IMG/VR virus record: IMGVR_UViG_3300024303_000028
Location: 44,613-108,612 of that record
Length of the DNA: 64,000 bases
Direction: 5' to 3' (one strand)
Source of the DNA: a virus
Lineage: Duplodnaviria; Heunggongvirae; Uroviricota; Caudoviricetes
The notes under the pieces were generated by a model, which worked only from the letters and a program-made list of their open reading frames with translations, searched no databases and was not told the DNA's origin. Below are positions 38,775 to 47,912 of this stretch, one piece after another (positions within the stretch are counted from its first letter, which is position 1; each line of letters begins with the position of its first letter). A program made the position numbers and the translations under genes.

Positions 38775-39430
38775 TCACTCCTAAATACTCCATCTGAGTT
38801 TTCTTTAGGGAGTATTGTGAGCCTTGCATAGATGTCACAATATGATCGGTCAAAATAATCATCCACCTTACCGAGGAACCATGTATGTCTGCAATTCTCC
38901 CAACGGCGATCGCCACCGGTTCTGGAGTGGATATACAAAACATCTTCGCGACCAACATACCGATTCCACATATGAAACTGGTCTCGTATTCGCTTCTCGG
39001 CCTGCCTGATACGCCATTTGAGAATCTTTCTTCGCTTACCGTGGATGCGCTCCCAACGAATGCCAGTGTAGGTGGGTCTAACGACCTTACGCCCTGCGAA
39101 TACGGCTTCCTCGAGAACATAGGTGAGATAACGCCTTCGGATTGCGTCGGTACGTTTACTGTACTCATGCGACCAACTTTTTCCCCAGTTACTGACACAA
39201 AGACATGTCGCCTCTTCGATGGCCTGTTCGCGAATAATGTTTTGAATGGAGTTTTCGGAAACTGCTTCTTCGTCCTTCATCAAGCGATACCCGCGCAGTC
39301 TGGGAACGATAATACCGTTCAGTTCTGCTAATTCCTGTAAGTTATCGATTTGCGCATACGCCTTTAGATCCATAGCAGTCGTCTCCTTAATGTTCGTCAA
39401 ACACGACACAATCGACCTCGCCGTCTTCAT
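38765..39430 (-). CDS. hypothetical protein
   Basis: 221 aa. Confidence 0.45.
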   Translation of the reverse strand: MKTARSIVSCLTNIKETTAMDLKAYAQIDNLQELAELNGIIVPRLRGYRLMKDEEAVSENSIQNIIREQAIEEATCLCVSNWGKSWSHEYSKRTDAIRRRYLTYVLEEAVFAGRKVVRPTYTGIRWERIHGKRRKILKWRIRQAEKRIRDQFHMWNRYVGREDVLYIHSRTGGDRRWENCRHTWFLGKVDDYFDRSYCDIYARLTILPKENSDGVFRSDCV

Positions 39431-40022
39431 AAAATCCGCGTTTTAGATCCCAACATGAGCATCCGGTTGCAACACAATCACCGCAATACTTGGGGCATTT
39501 GACCGCCCGATCAGGAATTGCCTCGTCATCGTGTTTGAAACGAATGTAAGCAACAGGCAAACCATATGGATTATCGGGCTTCCAGTCTCCCCATGAGGAG
39601 AAGACGATGCTCAGGTTGGAAGGAAGATCACCGGCCGCTTCTATGTATGCATTTACCAACTCATACTGCTTGGTAAAGCAGAGAAATTTCGTGTCCGGAA
39701 TATGTTGAGCAACGCGAACGATCATCTCCATATACTCAGCATCCGGAATGTCGCCAGAGGAGTGCCAGCGGAAAAATTTCGCCTTGAACGCAGCGATCAT
39801 TACATCGCGTTCGTATTGAAGCGGATCCTCCCGCCAGATCTGGAGGTTTGTTTCGGCTAATTCCCGAACATGCGGGAATAAAAAACGCCCTTTCCGGGCG
39901 TAACACTTCTTGAAGCAGGGTGCATCTGGTCTGCAGGTCGTGCCTGCCGGTAGATTGACGGATGGAATGTCCGTCCCAAGCTTGGTATTTCCTCTTGAAA
40001 TATGCACACGCTCTAGGATCAA
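39387..40022 (-). CDS. hypothetical Cys-rich protein
   Basis: 211 aa; N-terminal CRPDAPCFKKCYA and C-terminal CPKYCGDCVATGCSC clusters. Confidence 0.45.
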   Translation of the reverse strand: MILERVHISRGNTKLGTDIPSVNLPAGTTCRPDAPCFKKCYARKGRFLFPHVRELAETNLQIWREDPLQYERDVMIAAFKAKFFRWHSSGDIPDAEYMEMIVRVAQHIPDTKFLCFTKQYELVNAYIEAAGDLPSNLSIVFSSWGDWKPDNPYGLPVAYIRFKHDDEAIPDRAVKCPKYCGDCVATGCSCWDLKRGFYEDGEVDCVVFDEH

Positions 40023-40088
40023 AATGAACCTCCTTATTCACTTGTCAAATGATTGCAATGAAAAAGAGCGCCGAAGCGCTCTGATGAC

Positions 40089-40571
40089 TTATTTGAACTT
40101 GGGATAGAAAACTTCGACATCCCAATCTGACAGATGTTTTTCCAGCTTCTTATTGAACACTTGCGTTTTACTATCGTACCGCTCGCATTCAAAGAAGCGT
40201 CCGTCATTATACACAGCGATCTTTAACGGCATCCCCGTCGCTTTAATCCATGAGGCAAGAAGCTCCAGGGACAAATCCACGTCCTGATCTTCTTCTGCTT
40301 TTTGCTGAGGAATAATCGCACACCATACAACACGGGAGTCCTTATCGTTCGGCGTCTTCACCATACTCCCAGGCCACTTTAGCTTTGTTGGGTAAACCCA
40401 AAGTCTGCCCGGACGTTTCTTGTATCCGACCGCTTCGCATATTTCATCTGATTTGCTATACAGATCCATCGTTGGTGCGCCTAGGAGCGCACCATCCTTG
40501 GTCATAATACAAACGAAAATATGAGCTAATGAGTTGGAGACGTCGGATCCGGCTCGAGCAATGTGCACCAT
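40089..40571 (-). CDS. hypothetical protein
   Basis: 160 aa. Confidence 0.45.
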   Translation of the reverse strand: MVHIARAGSDVSNSLAHIFVCIMTKDGALLGAPTMDLYSKSDEICEAVGYKKRPGRLWVYPTKLKWPGSMVKTPNDKDSRVVWCAIIPQQKAEEDQDVDLSLELLASWIKATGMPLKIAVYNDGRFFECERYDSKTQVFNKKLEKHLSDWDVEVFYPKFK

Positions 40572-40616
40572 GTGTATGACTCCTTCAGTATCAGGATATA
40601 TATGTATTCGGCGTGT

Positions 40617-41087
40617 TTATCCTTTATCCTTCCTGCAAACCAGGACATCGAAGTCTTTCAGTTCTCTTTCCAGTAAATTGAGAACTTTACTCCAGTCTCC
40701 GCCTCCTCGAACACACCCCATCATATACGGAACGGCGACGCTTCGAAATCCGCGCCGGCGCATTTCATGAGCAAGATCCTTTAGGCAAGATGCCAACGCG
40801 GCATAGTTCGTCTGTTGCTTATCCCTGCCGAATGAGAGCTGTGCAAACAAATTGGCGATCGCAAACGGCTTTGTCTCTTCTCCTCTGATTAGTACCGTTT
40901 GCGTCATCCCGAGTAAGTTTTGAGGACGTATCTCTCGACAGACAGTGCGGTGGCGGACATATACATCCGGAAACAAGGCTTTGACCTGCGCCGCAACTCC
41001 GCTGCCCATTACGCCCATACAATTAACCTGATGGGCAATAATATCCACATCGGTGTCGAACAGATCTGCATCGATGATTTTCATCAA
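40617..41087 (-). CDS. macro-domain protein (ADP-ribose binding/hydrolase-like)
   Basis: IIAHQVNCMGVMGSGVAAQ resembles the macro-domain glycine-rich ADP-ribose loop; ~155 aa. Confidence 0.55.
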   Translation of the reverse strand: MMKIIDADLFDTDVDIIAHQVNCMGVMGSGVAAQVKALFPDVYVRHRTVCREIRPQNLLGMTQTVLIRGEETKPFAIANLFAQLSFGRDKQQTNYAALASCLKDLAHEMRRRGFRSVAVPYMMGCVRGGGDWSKVLNLLERELKDFDVLVCRKDKG

Positions 41088-41758
41088 GCATGATCCTCCA
41101 TAATAAGAGAACGTAAAAGACCTTCCTGTAAAGGAGAGGGTGGAGCCACCTTTCTGGTGATCACGTCAAAAAGTGTATGCGCGATGGCTTCGAGAACGCT
41201 TGGTGTTTTGAAAGACCGGATCGCCTCGATGATTTCTTGGGGAATCTGAGATGCAAGATCAGTGCCGAAAATAACAGCGAGATTACTTTCGATGCTTGAG
41301 CCGGCGTCCAGAACACGATTTGGAAGCTCACTTGGCATCCCGGGGAAACATGTGATGCCGTAGTATTCTTCCCACGATGTACCATCAAAGTAGTAAGCCC
41401 ACATGTTATCGTCTTCACCCTGAAATGAAATGTACGATCCGGGCTTTACAAAAGGAGCGATGATGTTGAAGAGATCTTCTGCGTCTTCGGAATGCCAATT
41501 ATTATGCTCAAACCAAAACGTCAGATTGTTCTCAACTCCGTTATTGTTTCGGATACAATACATAGGCTCAAGCACGAATCCGAAACGCGAAAAGACTTCA
41601 TAAACATCCTTTGTGTGAGGTCCGCCAGTCCGATCTTGATATTCATTATACCCCGCAATCAAATGTGGAATATACTCTACGGGAATAGCACAATCACTTG
41701 TGCAGGAATGTGCATAGTAAGACATCAGAAATCTCCCTTCACGAATCTTGGCCACCAC
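41084..41758 (-). CDS. hypothetical protein
   Basis: 224 aa. Confidence 0.45.
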   Translation of the reverse strand: MVAKIREGRFLMSYYAHSCTSDCAIPVEYIPHLIAGYNEYQDRTGGPHTKDVYEVFSRFGFVLEPMYCIRNNNGVENNLTFWFEHNNWHSEDAEDLFNIIAPFVKPGSYISFQGEDDNMWAYYFDGTSWEEYYGITCFPGMPSELPNRVLDAGSSIESNLAVIFGTDLASQIPQEIIEAIRSFKTPSVLEAIAHTLFDVITRKVAPPSPLQEGLLRSLIMEDHA

Positions 41759-42030
41759 TCAACGGTATCGCCGACTTCATACAAACCCCATCGGTCTTCG
41801 CTAACGACCCATGACGAACAACATTTCCCTGCTGGATCTGTGATGGCCAGAACGAAAACCTCCGGCGTCTTCGCATCAGCTGGATAATACGCCGGGTGAT
41901 GATTCTTCCCGGTGATCGTACCAGTCATGGGTGGAGGATTTATGAGATTCCACGCAACTGATCCGACTGCGAAAACAAGTGCAATGATGAGCGCCAGAAA
42001 AGGAATGAGAAGCGATTCTTCACGCTGCAT
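41725..42030 (-). CDS. small membrane protein
   Basis: 101 aa, N-terminal TM. Confidence 0.4.
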   Translation of the reverse strand: MQREESLLIPFLALIIALVFAVGSVAWNLINPPPMTGTITGKNHHPAYYPADAKTPEVFVLAITDPAGKCCSSWVVSEDRWGLYEVGDTVEWWPRFVKGDF

Positions 42031-42081
42031 AAAAGCCTCCTATGTGTATGTGGTGTTTTGTATGTATTCGTATGCGAATAT

Positions 42082-42450
42082 TTATGCAAAGATAGATGTC
42101 AGATCGAGAGGAACTGGACAAAACTTGTTGGATCGCCCACGCTGTATATGCTCTAACAATTCGAACGCAGAACATACGTAGAACGGTATACCGACAATTT
42201 GTAGTTTATTACGTAAGATCTTAGAGGAAATAAGGTATTGTTTATTTGGTTTGATATCATGTCTGATTCGATGATATAGAAAGTCTTCTATACAGTGACC
42301 GCACGCATTTGCCGGGGTACCATCGCACCATACAATACCAAGTAACGCGAGCTGATCCAATAACTCATCGACTGTTTCGTGGCTATCCTCACGGAAATCT
42401 ACTAGGAGTTCCCCGTTTAAGAACTCCTGAATGAGATCTCTATGGATCAT
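42082..42450 (-). CDS. hypothetical protein
   Basis: 122 aa. Confidence 0.4.
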   Translation of the reverse strand: MIHRDLIQEFLNGELLVDFREDSHETVDELLDQLALLGIVWCDGTPANACGHCIEDFLYHRIRHDIKPNKQYLISSKILRNKLQIVGIPFYVCSAFELLEHIQRGRSNKFCPVPLDLTSIFA

Positions 42451-43577
42451 GCAATCGAACTCCTTGCACTCATCCTATGAAATACTTTGGCGCAATCTAC
42501 AATCTGTTCTGCGGCGAACTCTGCTTCCTCCTCCGTGATATACGGTGGGATGGTAATTCGGATAGAATTCATTGCGTCTTCGTCGCTCATGCCGATCGCT
42601 TTGAGAACGTAGCTTGGCGTATACTCACCAGACGAGCAGGCGCTTCCTCTGCTGACATATACACCGCGTCCGGACAAGGCGAGTGTAAATGCTTCGCCGT
42701 CAATCCCCGGGAAACAAAGGTTCAAATTGTTCGCCGCGCGAGATTCGAGGTTTGCACCATTTAGTTTCGTATTCGGCAACTCACTCATGATGTACTGATA
42801 CATTTTGTCTCGCATACTGCGAACATGACTCATCTGGATCAATGCATATTGCTCATCAACAAAACTGGCATCGAGGCTGGTTGCCAGATTCAGGATCAGC
42901 TGGTCTGGTTCTGTACCGGCTCTCAGGCCGAATTGCTGATGGCCACCATGGATTAGCGGATCAATCTTCGTCCCGCCCTTAATATACAGGATCCCGATCC
43001 CCTTCGGAGCGCCGAATTTATGGCCGGAAATCGAAACAAGGTCTGCAAATACCATAGTGTTGATGCACATGGGTAAATGATACGCTGCTGCCTGAACGCA
43101 ATCAGAATGGAAAAGCACTCCATGGCTTTTCGCATAGACTTGATACGGGGCAAGACTCTGGTATGTACCAAGCTCGTGATTCAGAGTTCCAATAGAAATG
43201 AGGATGGTATCCTGATCAACCGCTTGGTAAAAAGCTTCTGGTTGAATGTATCCGCCGGGATTAACAGGCAGATATGTAACACGGAACCCCTGACGCTCCA
43301 GAAACCTACAGCTTTCCAACACGGACGGGTGTTCGATCTGCGTAGTAATGATGTGTTTTCCCTTATCCTGATTGGCGTAAGCAACGCCCTTGATTGCCCA
43401 GTTGTTGCTTTCTGAACCACCGGATGTAAAAAAAAGTTCATCCGGACTACAACCCAGTACGTTTGCAATGTCCTGCTTGGCAAATGTGATCCGGGACTTA
43501 GCGGTCTGACCGCCCTTATGAATGGATGATGGGTTATATCCAAATCCACTTGCTGCGTGATCCAAATTGACGATCAT
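42447..43577 (-). CDS. cysteine desulfurase (NifS/IscS-type PLP aminotransferase class V)
   Basis: PLP-lysine motif SISGHKFGAPKGIG; catalytic-cysteine loop SRGSACSSGE; 376 aa. Confidence 0.75.
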   Translation of the reverse strand: MIVNLDHAASGFGYNPSSIHKGGQTAKSRITFAKQDIANVLGCSPDELFFTSGGSESNNWAIKGVAYANQDKGKHIITTQIEHPSVLESCRFLERQGFRVTYLPVNPGGYIQPEAFYQAVDQDTILISIGTLNHELGTYQSLAPYQVYAKSHGVLFHSDCVQAAAYHLPMCINTMVFADLVSISGHKFGAPKGIGILYIKGGTKIDPLIHGGHQQFGLRAGTEPDQLILNLATSLDASFVDEQYALIQMSHVRSMRDKMYQYIMSELPNTKLNGANLESRAANNLNLCFPGIDGEAFTLALSGRGVYVSRGSACSSGEYTPSYVLKAIGMSDEDAMNSIRITIPPYITEEEAEFAAEQIVDCAKVFHRMSARSSIA

Positions 43578-43604
43578 ATCCTATACCTCCTTGTGTTCAA
43601 TGAG

Positions 43605-43675
43605 AGCGCATGACGGGGATCGAACCCGCGCTGCCTGCTTGGAAGGCAGGTGTGCTGCCGCTACACCACATGCGC
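43605..43675 (-). tRNA. tRNA-Gly (anticodon UCC)
   Basis: Acceptor GCGCATG/CATGCGC, anticodon arm CCTGC-CTTCCAA-GCAGG, T-arm GCGGG-TTCGATC-CCCGT; cloverleaf folded by hand. Confidence 0.75.
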
Positions 43676-43689
43676 AAAAAGATCTACCC

Positions 43690-44274
43690 TTACGAGTAGA
43701 TCAGACTAAGATTCAATGGGAATATTTCTGGACGTTCAGGGAACGAAAGAACATCCCATACATCTTCAAGATATACTTCCACATATGCAGTCTCAAGAAC
43801 TGGTGCTTTGAGAGCGCATTCACTACCGTTACAGAAAAACCAGCAACCACGTTTTTTCACTGGGTTCTCACGGCCGAAATAACCAAATCGCTCTTCAATC
43901 TCAGCACAACCGATGTTCATATCGGGATAGCTATCGAAGAAATCAGCTATAAAACGTGGCAAGTATTTTCGCGGAACAAAAACACGTATACCGCATTCGA
44001 ATGGGTCAGTAACACGTCCGAATGGTAATGACACTGTGCCTCGCTCAGTCACTTCCCGCATCTTGTTCACCTTCCAGTATCCTAATATACTTATACACCG
44101 TCGGCCGGCTGATATCACACAGCTTTGCGACCTGACAGATATTAAGCTCGCCGTTCTTATATCGCGGATAAATGCGTTTGAACTTCGATGGGATTTTGGC
44201 CAGAGTCGTTGGGGGTCTGCCTGGCCGGGAGTTCTTAACTGACACGTTTTCCTGATGATCTTCAGAGTCCACAA
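43690..44274 (-). CDS. hypothetical protein, PLDL-motif family member (true start probably internal)
   Basis: C-terminus EIFPLNLSLIYS matches the P-L-[DN]-L-x-x-[IL]-[FY] family motif. Confidence 0.4.
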   Translation of the reverse strand: MWTLKIIRKTCQLRTPGQADPQRLWPKSHRSSNAFIRDIRTASLISVRSQSCVISAGRRCISILGYWKVNKMREVTERGTVSLPFGRVTDPFECGIRVFVPRKYLPRFIADFFDSYPDMNIGCAEIEERFGYFGRENPVKKRGCWFFCNGSECALKAPVLETAYVEVYLEDVWDVLSFPERPEIFPLNLSLIYS

Positions 44275-44413
44275 ACCAAGACATGTGCTGATGATATGCA
44301 GGACTGATCAAGAGCTTCAAAATGTTCTCGATACTTGAGTCGCTCCCGTCGATCATACTGATCCACATTTCCACATCCGGTAATAAACCTTGGAATGAGA
44401 CGACGATCTTCAT
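44045..44413 (-). CDS. helix-turn-helix DNA-binding protein
   Basis: C-terminal HTH ICQVAKLCDISRPTVYKYIRIL; partially overlaps the previous ORF. Confidence 0.45.
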   Translation of the reverse strand: MKIVVSFQGLLPDVEMWISMIDGSDSSIENILKLLISPAYHQHMSWFVDSEDHQENVSVKNSRPGRPPTTLAKIPSKFKRIYPRYKNGELNICQVAKLCDISRPTVYKYIRILEGEQDAGSD

Positions 44414-44417
44414 TTTC

Positions 44418-44762
44418 TTACTCCTCTTCCAGTAGACTGATCAGAGCATTTGCGTTCTCGCCGATGGTGATCATGTCCTCAAAGTTGGATGTATTCACAA
44501 AGTGAATCAGCTGGTCAATGGTGGTAAAGATGATCTCATCCATTAGTTCTCCATCGACGCAAACCGTAATCATCCTGAGATACGGAAGAACTGCGACCTG
44601 AACCTCAGTCTCTTCTTTGCCATACTCGGTATACGCAATATCCATGCTGGGCTGGAGACTCTGGAAAACATTGTGCTGACCATATTCGCGAATGCAAAAG
44701 GCGTTCATGGCCGTCAGCATACGAACGAGCTGACTCGCGTTCAGTGATGTCTGAGTTGTCAT
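44418..44762 (-). CDS. hypothetical protein
   Basis: 114 aa. Confidence 0.4.
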   Translation of the reverse strand: MTTQTSLNASQLVRMLTAMNAFCIREYGQHNVFQSLQPSMDIAYTEYGKEETEVQVAVLPYLRMITVCVDGELMDEIIFTTIDQLIHFVNTSNFEDMITIGENANALISLLEEE

Positions 44763-44772
44763 ATTACCCTCC

Positions 44773-45036
44773 TCAAAACTTCAGTTTGTTCAAAATACAC
44801 TCTGCTATATTTCTCAGGTGTTCGTGGCGCTGTTCTTCGCTCTGGAAACAACCAGTCCAGCCATCGCCGACTGCAGCCTCATAAATGATCTCACCATCTA
44901 CGTCTGGATAGGAGCAATACAGTGATCCACACCGAAGACGAACATAGCCCACAAGATGGTCGTTAGGGTCATAGACATCGTACTGTTCCGGACATGCGGA
45001 GCATGTACGAACAAACAGCAAATTACCAATTTGCAT
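44773..45036 (-). CDS. hypothetical protein
   Basis: 87 aa. Confidence 0.4.
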   Translation of the reverse strand: MQIGNLLFVRTCSACPEQYDVYDPNDHLVGYVRLRCGSLYCSYPDVDGEIIYEAAVGDGWTGCFQSEEQRHEHLRNIAECILNKLKF

Positions 45037-45136
45037 GTTACGCCTCCTGATTACTTCTTTACAATGTAACGATCACAGCCAACATAAGCACTCACCACAC
45101 GCATGATTGATCCCTTTGGAATCTCTTGGTGCTTTC

Positions 45137-45397
45137 TCACAACTCCTGAAAAATATATCTAGAGTTCATGGTTTCGACGATCAAATCATTCTGATCGCGG
45201 AAAATGTTCTCGACACGAGAAGTTTGGAGATAGCCATCCTTGAGGTTGCCATCTCTATCCTTATGGTACATCAGCCACATGCACCAGCCAATGGTCAGCT
45301 CTTCGCAAAACGAAACGGTGCAACCAATACGGAGTGGATAACGGCCGTCAGTACGGGTTTCCCCGGTCTTGATATGTTGAATATCTTTAATAATCAT
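45137..45397 (-). CDS. hypothetical protein
   Basis: 86 aa. Confidence 0.4.
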   Translation of the reverse strand: MIIKDIQHIKTGETRTDGRYPLRIGCTVSFCEELTIGWCMWLMYHKDRDGNLKDGYLQTSRVENIFRDQNDLIVETMNSRYIFQEL

Positions 45398-45415
45398 GAT
45401 TGAGACTCCTTCTAT

Positions 45416-45661
45416 TTACTCTGACAGAGTTAACACATGCTGTTTTCTGGTGTTCCTCGCGCGAACAATTTCAGATCGCAGGCAACCACATGAACGCGTC
45501 AGTTGCCTACGCAAAGACTGTCCAGAAACAATGCACGTGTTTCCGCACTTACATTTGCAGTACCACATGGCTGCGGTGGAGGTCCCGAACTTTTGGCGTG
45601 GAGCTCGTCCGGACACATATAAGTTGCCGACAGTTCTGCCGGTCATATCAACAACGCGCAT
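45416..45661 (-). CDS. small zinc-ribbon protein
   Basis: CKCKCGNTC...CGC. Confidence 0.4.
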   Translation of the reverse strand: MRVVDMTGRTVGNLYVSGRAPRQKFGTSTAAMWYCKCKCGNTCIVSGQSLRRQLTRSCGCLRSEIVRARNTRKQHVLTLSE

Positions 45662-45850
45662 ACTTCCTCCATATTATCTTATGAATGTTTGAGATAAGCC
45701 GCTATGAGACGATATGGTAACCGTCGTCCCGGGCATGAACCAAGATTTCACCGACAGCCAAACCACGTCGATAGAGACTTCACACATGGCGGAAATCTCG
45801 TATGTCCGTCCCGTCTGATGATTTCTGACAGTATAAATCATCGTCGCACC

Positions 45851-46219
45851 TCACTCGATAGTGAACTTTTTGACTCGAACAGGAGCATCCGGCTTTAGTG
45901 AGCGCATGGTTTCTATCATATGCTGTGTGCCTCTGCTCTCTCCGTCATGGAATGCAACCAGTGCATCTGCATACTTGGCCATCTGGACATTCCTGCGGAA
46001 GCCGGCAAGCTTACCAAATGACGCCCAGTCCGCAGGGAATGTAATAAGGCCATACCCTCGCTCCTTTGCATATCGTTCGCCCAGCGCATCCGCTCCGCGG
46101 GCATGACCGCTTACGATCTCAATCGGCTCTTTGACATTGGCGAGTACCTTATCGAGATAAGACTTGAGCATCTCGTAATCACTGAAGCTCCGACTTCCGG
46201 CAACGATAACACGAAACAT
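45851..46219 (-). CDS. Rossmann-like DprA/SLOG-type small protein (phage-associated DUF)
   Basis: RVIVAGSRSF...IVSGHARGAD glycine-rich nucleotide-binding-like loops. Confidence 0.45.
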   Translation of the reverse strand: MFRVIVAGSRSFSDYEMLKSYLDKVLANVKEPIEIVSGHARGADALGERYAKERGYGLITFPADWASFGKLAGFRRNVQMAKYADALVAFHDGESRGTQHMIETMRSLKPDAPVRVKKFTIE

Positions 46220-46244
46220 GGTTGACCTCCTTCAAATTTTTAAG

Positions 46245-46328
46245 TGGCGCAGGTGGGACTCGAACCCACACGCTGTTCCCAGCACCGGATTTTGAGACCG
46301 GTTCGTCTGCCATTCCGTACACTGCGCC
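46245..46328 (-). tRNA. tRNA-Leu (anticodon CAA), class II
   Basis: Acceptor GGCGCAG/CTGCGCC, loop CTCAAAA, extra arm GCTG-GGAA-CAGC, T-arm GTGGG-TTCGAGT-CCCAC. Confidence 0.65.
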
Positions 46329-46329
46329 G

Positions 46330-46440
46330 AAAGAAAATCCAGCCTGAATAATCGGCTGGATCTGTTTGCGGGTACTCTTTCAGCCCGCGGCTTAGGCGGG
46401 GAACTTCCCCGCTTTATGAGCCGCGCCCGCCCGGCATATG
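46330..46440 (-). ncRNA. hairpin-rich noncoding segment (terminator and/or small RNA candidate)
   Basis: Minus strand: GCGGGGaagttCCCCGC and CCAGCCgattattcaGGCTGG hairpins, the second followed by ATTTTCTTTC. Confidence 0.3.
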
Positions 46441-46462
46441 GTTATAAATCCCTTCTTCATCC

Positions 46463-46550
46463 AAGGCTCAGCCGAGATTCGAACTCGGTTCACCATAAGC
46501 ATCACACCATCGCCAATGCTTAAGACCCAAGGACTCAGAGAATTTGCGTT
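46463..46550 (-). pseudogene. tRNA-like fragment (T-arm plus 3' acceptor remnant, no matching 5' acceptor)
   Basis: CCGAG-TTCGAAT-CTCGG T-arm followed by CTGAGCC, but no complementary 5' strand found. Confidence 0.3.
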
Positions 46551-46755
46551 TCAAGATCTGTAATTTCATATTTTTCTTGGGCATGAAAATACGATCTGCC
46601 TTTGAAGTACGCGCCGCACTTACACTTATAGTGTCGCACAACCTCAATTTCCCAATCATTTTCGTTGTAGTCCGTTTCCAATATCTTGAGATTCAGGGCG
46701 TCATTGCACTGCGGGCATCTCGTCGTGTGTTAGCGCTCCTCAAATTTTATTTTTA

Positions 46756-47061
46756 TTACTTCCAATCCAACATCTGTCCACACTGAGTACAATAAATATC
46801 GTCTTTGGTTACATCTGGATGGTATTTATTTTCTCCGCAAGCACAGCCACAAGTAGGACATCCATATTTCCAACCATCATCAATCAACAACTTATATGTC
46901 AGCTTCTCAGGCTTCTTTGGAATCTGTTTCTCAAGGGCTTCTTTTGCCATCTCTAACCATTCAATATCGTCTGAAGTTAGTTGATATCCTAATGTTTCAT
47001 CGTAATGATAATCAGAGGATAAAACATCATCAATGTATTTAATTGCTTCTTTTACATCCAT
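46756..47061 (-). CDS. small Cys-rich (zinc-binding) protein
   Basis: GCPTCGCACGENKYH...CTQCG. Confidence 0.45.
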   Translation of the reverse strand: MDVKEAIKYIDDVLSSDYHYDETLGYQLTSDDIEWLEMAKEALEKQIPKKPEKLTYKLLIDDGWKYGCPTCGCACGENKYHPDVTKDDIYCTQCGQMLDWK

Positions 47062-47100
47062 AAATTTACCCCTTAAAAGTTTGTTTTTATAATATTTCCG

Positions 47101-47406
47101 TTAGCTCAACGATGGCTTTCCGAAGTCAACCATCTCCAGAGTACTTGTATTTGCATTATTGATAAGCATTGTTAGTTGTTTTTGTAAGATTTTTGCCTCA
47201 TCAATGGTAAGTCTAATAGTTGAACACCACTGCCCTTGATATCTGCGATATGTCTCCAAGCTAATGCGTACTTTGCCATTATCATCTTCTATCCACATTG
47301 TAGTGTTAAGAGACTCGTCTCCTTGTTTGAATCGGAAACTTGTTTGTGTCTTGTCATTACAACGTTTTGCCGCTTCGAGTATGTCCTTTTTTAAATTCGC
47401 TGACAA
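47101..47406 (-). CDS. hypothetical protein
   Basis: 101 aa; TTG start. Confidence 0.4.
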   Translation of the reverse strand: MSANLKKDILEAAKRCNDKTQTSFRFKQGDESLNTTMWIEDDNGKVRISLETYRRYQGQWCSTIRLTIDEAKILQKQLTMLINNANTSTLEMVDFGKPSLS

Positions 47407-47436
47407 ATAATCACCTCATAAAATTCGTATTATAAG

Positions 47437-47508
47437 TGGATCCAGAGGGATTCGAACCCCCGACTCCCTGCTTGCAAAGCAGGTACGCTACCGCTGCGTC
47501 ATGAACCC
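47437..47508 (-). tRNA. tRNA-Ala (anticodon UGC)
   Basis: Anticodon arm CCTGC-TTTGCAA-GCAGG; G3:U70 wobble in the acceptor stem (Ala identity element); T-arm GGGGG-TTCGAAT-CCCTC. Confidence 0.75.
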
Positions 47509-47790
47509 ATGAAGCACAGCAATGGACGAACGTTTTTACCTGTTAAACTAACCGCCAGCTATTGACGGTATCGGGTTTGAACCAATGTGTTCGGACCATT
47601 GCTGTGGAGAGTCGGCTCGTTCAGGGCGACCATTCCTTATTAGATGCAACGCTCTCTATGCATTAACCAAGACTGGAGCGCAAGCTGAGGAGGTCGATCT
47701 CAGTTGCATTCTCCAATGGAACATGGATTTCTGTTCTCTGGGGAAGATCCAACGGGTTGCGCTTACAGCATGGCAGAGGCGTGTTGGATA

Positions 47791-47879
47791 TGGTGCCGAT
47801 GGCGGGGGTCGAACCCGCGGTGTATCGATGTAACGGTTTTTAAGACCGCTGTGTCTCGTCCTGTCTGCACCACATCGGC
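47791..47879 (-). tRNA. tRNA-Leu (anticodon UAA), class II, encoded CCA
   Basis: Acceptor GCCGATG/CATCGGC then ACCA; loop CTTAAAA; 14-nt variable arm; T-arm GCGGG-TTCGACC-CCCGC. Confidence 0.75.
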
Positions 47880-47912
47880 ATGTGTATCATTTCATCCGGA
47901 CATGTTTCAAAT

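Noticed and set aside
43605-43675. Initial reading of this tRNA as tRNA-Trp (CCA)
   Set aside because: Re-indexing the cloverleaf shows the 5-bp anticodon stem is CCTGC/GCAGG with loop CUUCCAA, i.e. anticodon UCC (Gly). The Trp reading required a mispaired stem.
46468-46659. 63-aa minus-strand ORF overlapping the tRNA-like remnant
   Set aside because: It covers the tRNA 3'-fragment and has no RBS; likely spurious.
47570-47720. Possible additional tRNA between tRNA-Ala and tRNA-Leu(UAA) (GGGTTTGAACC-like segment)
   Set aside because: No cloverleaf with paired acceptor and T-arm could be built on either strand. Only an imperfect palindrome (GATGCAAC...GTTGCAT) is present.
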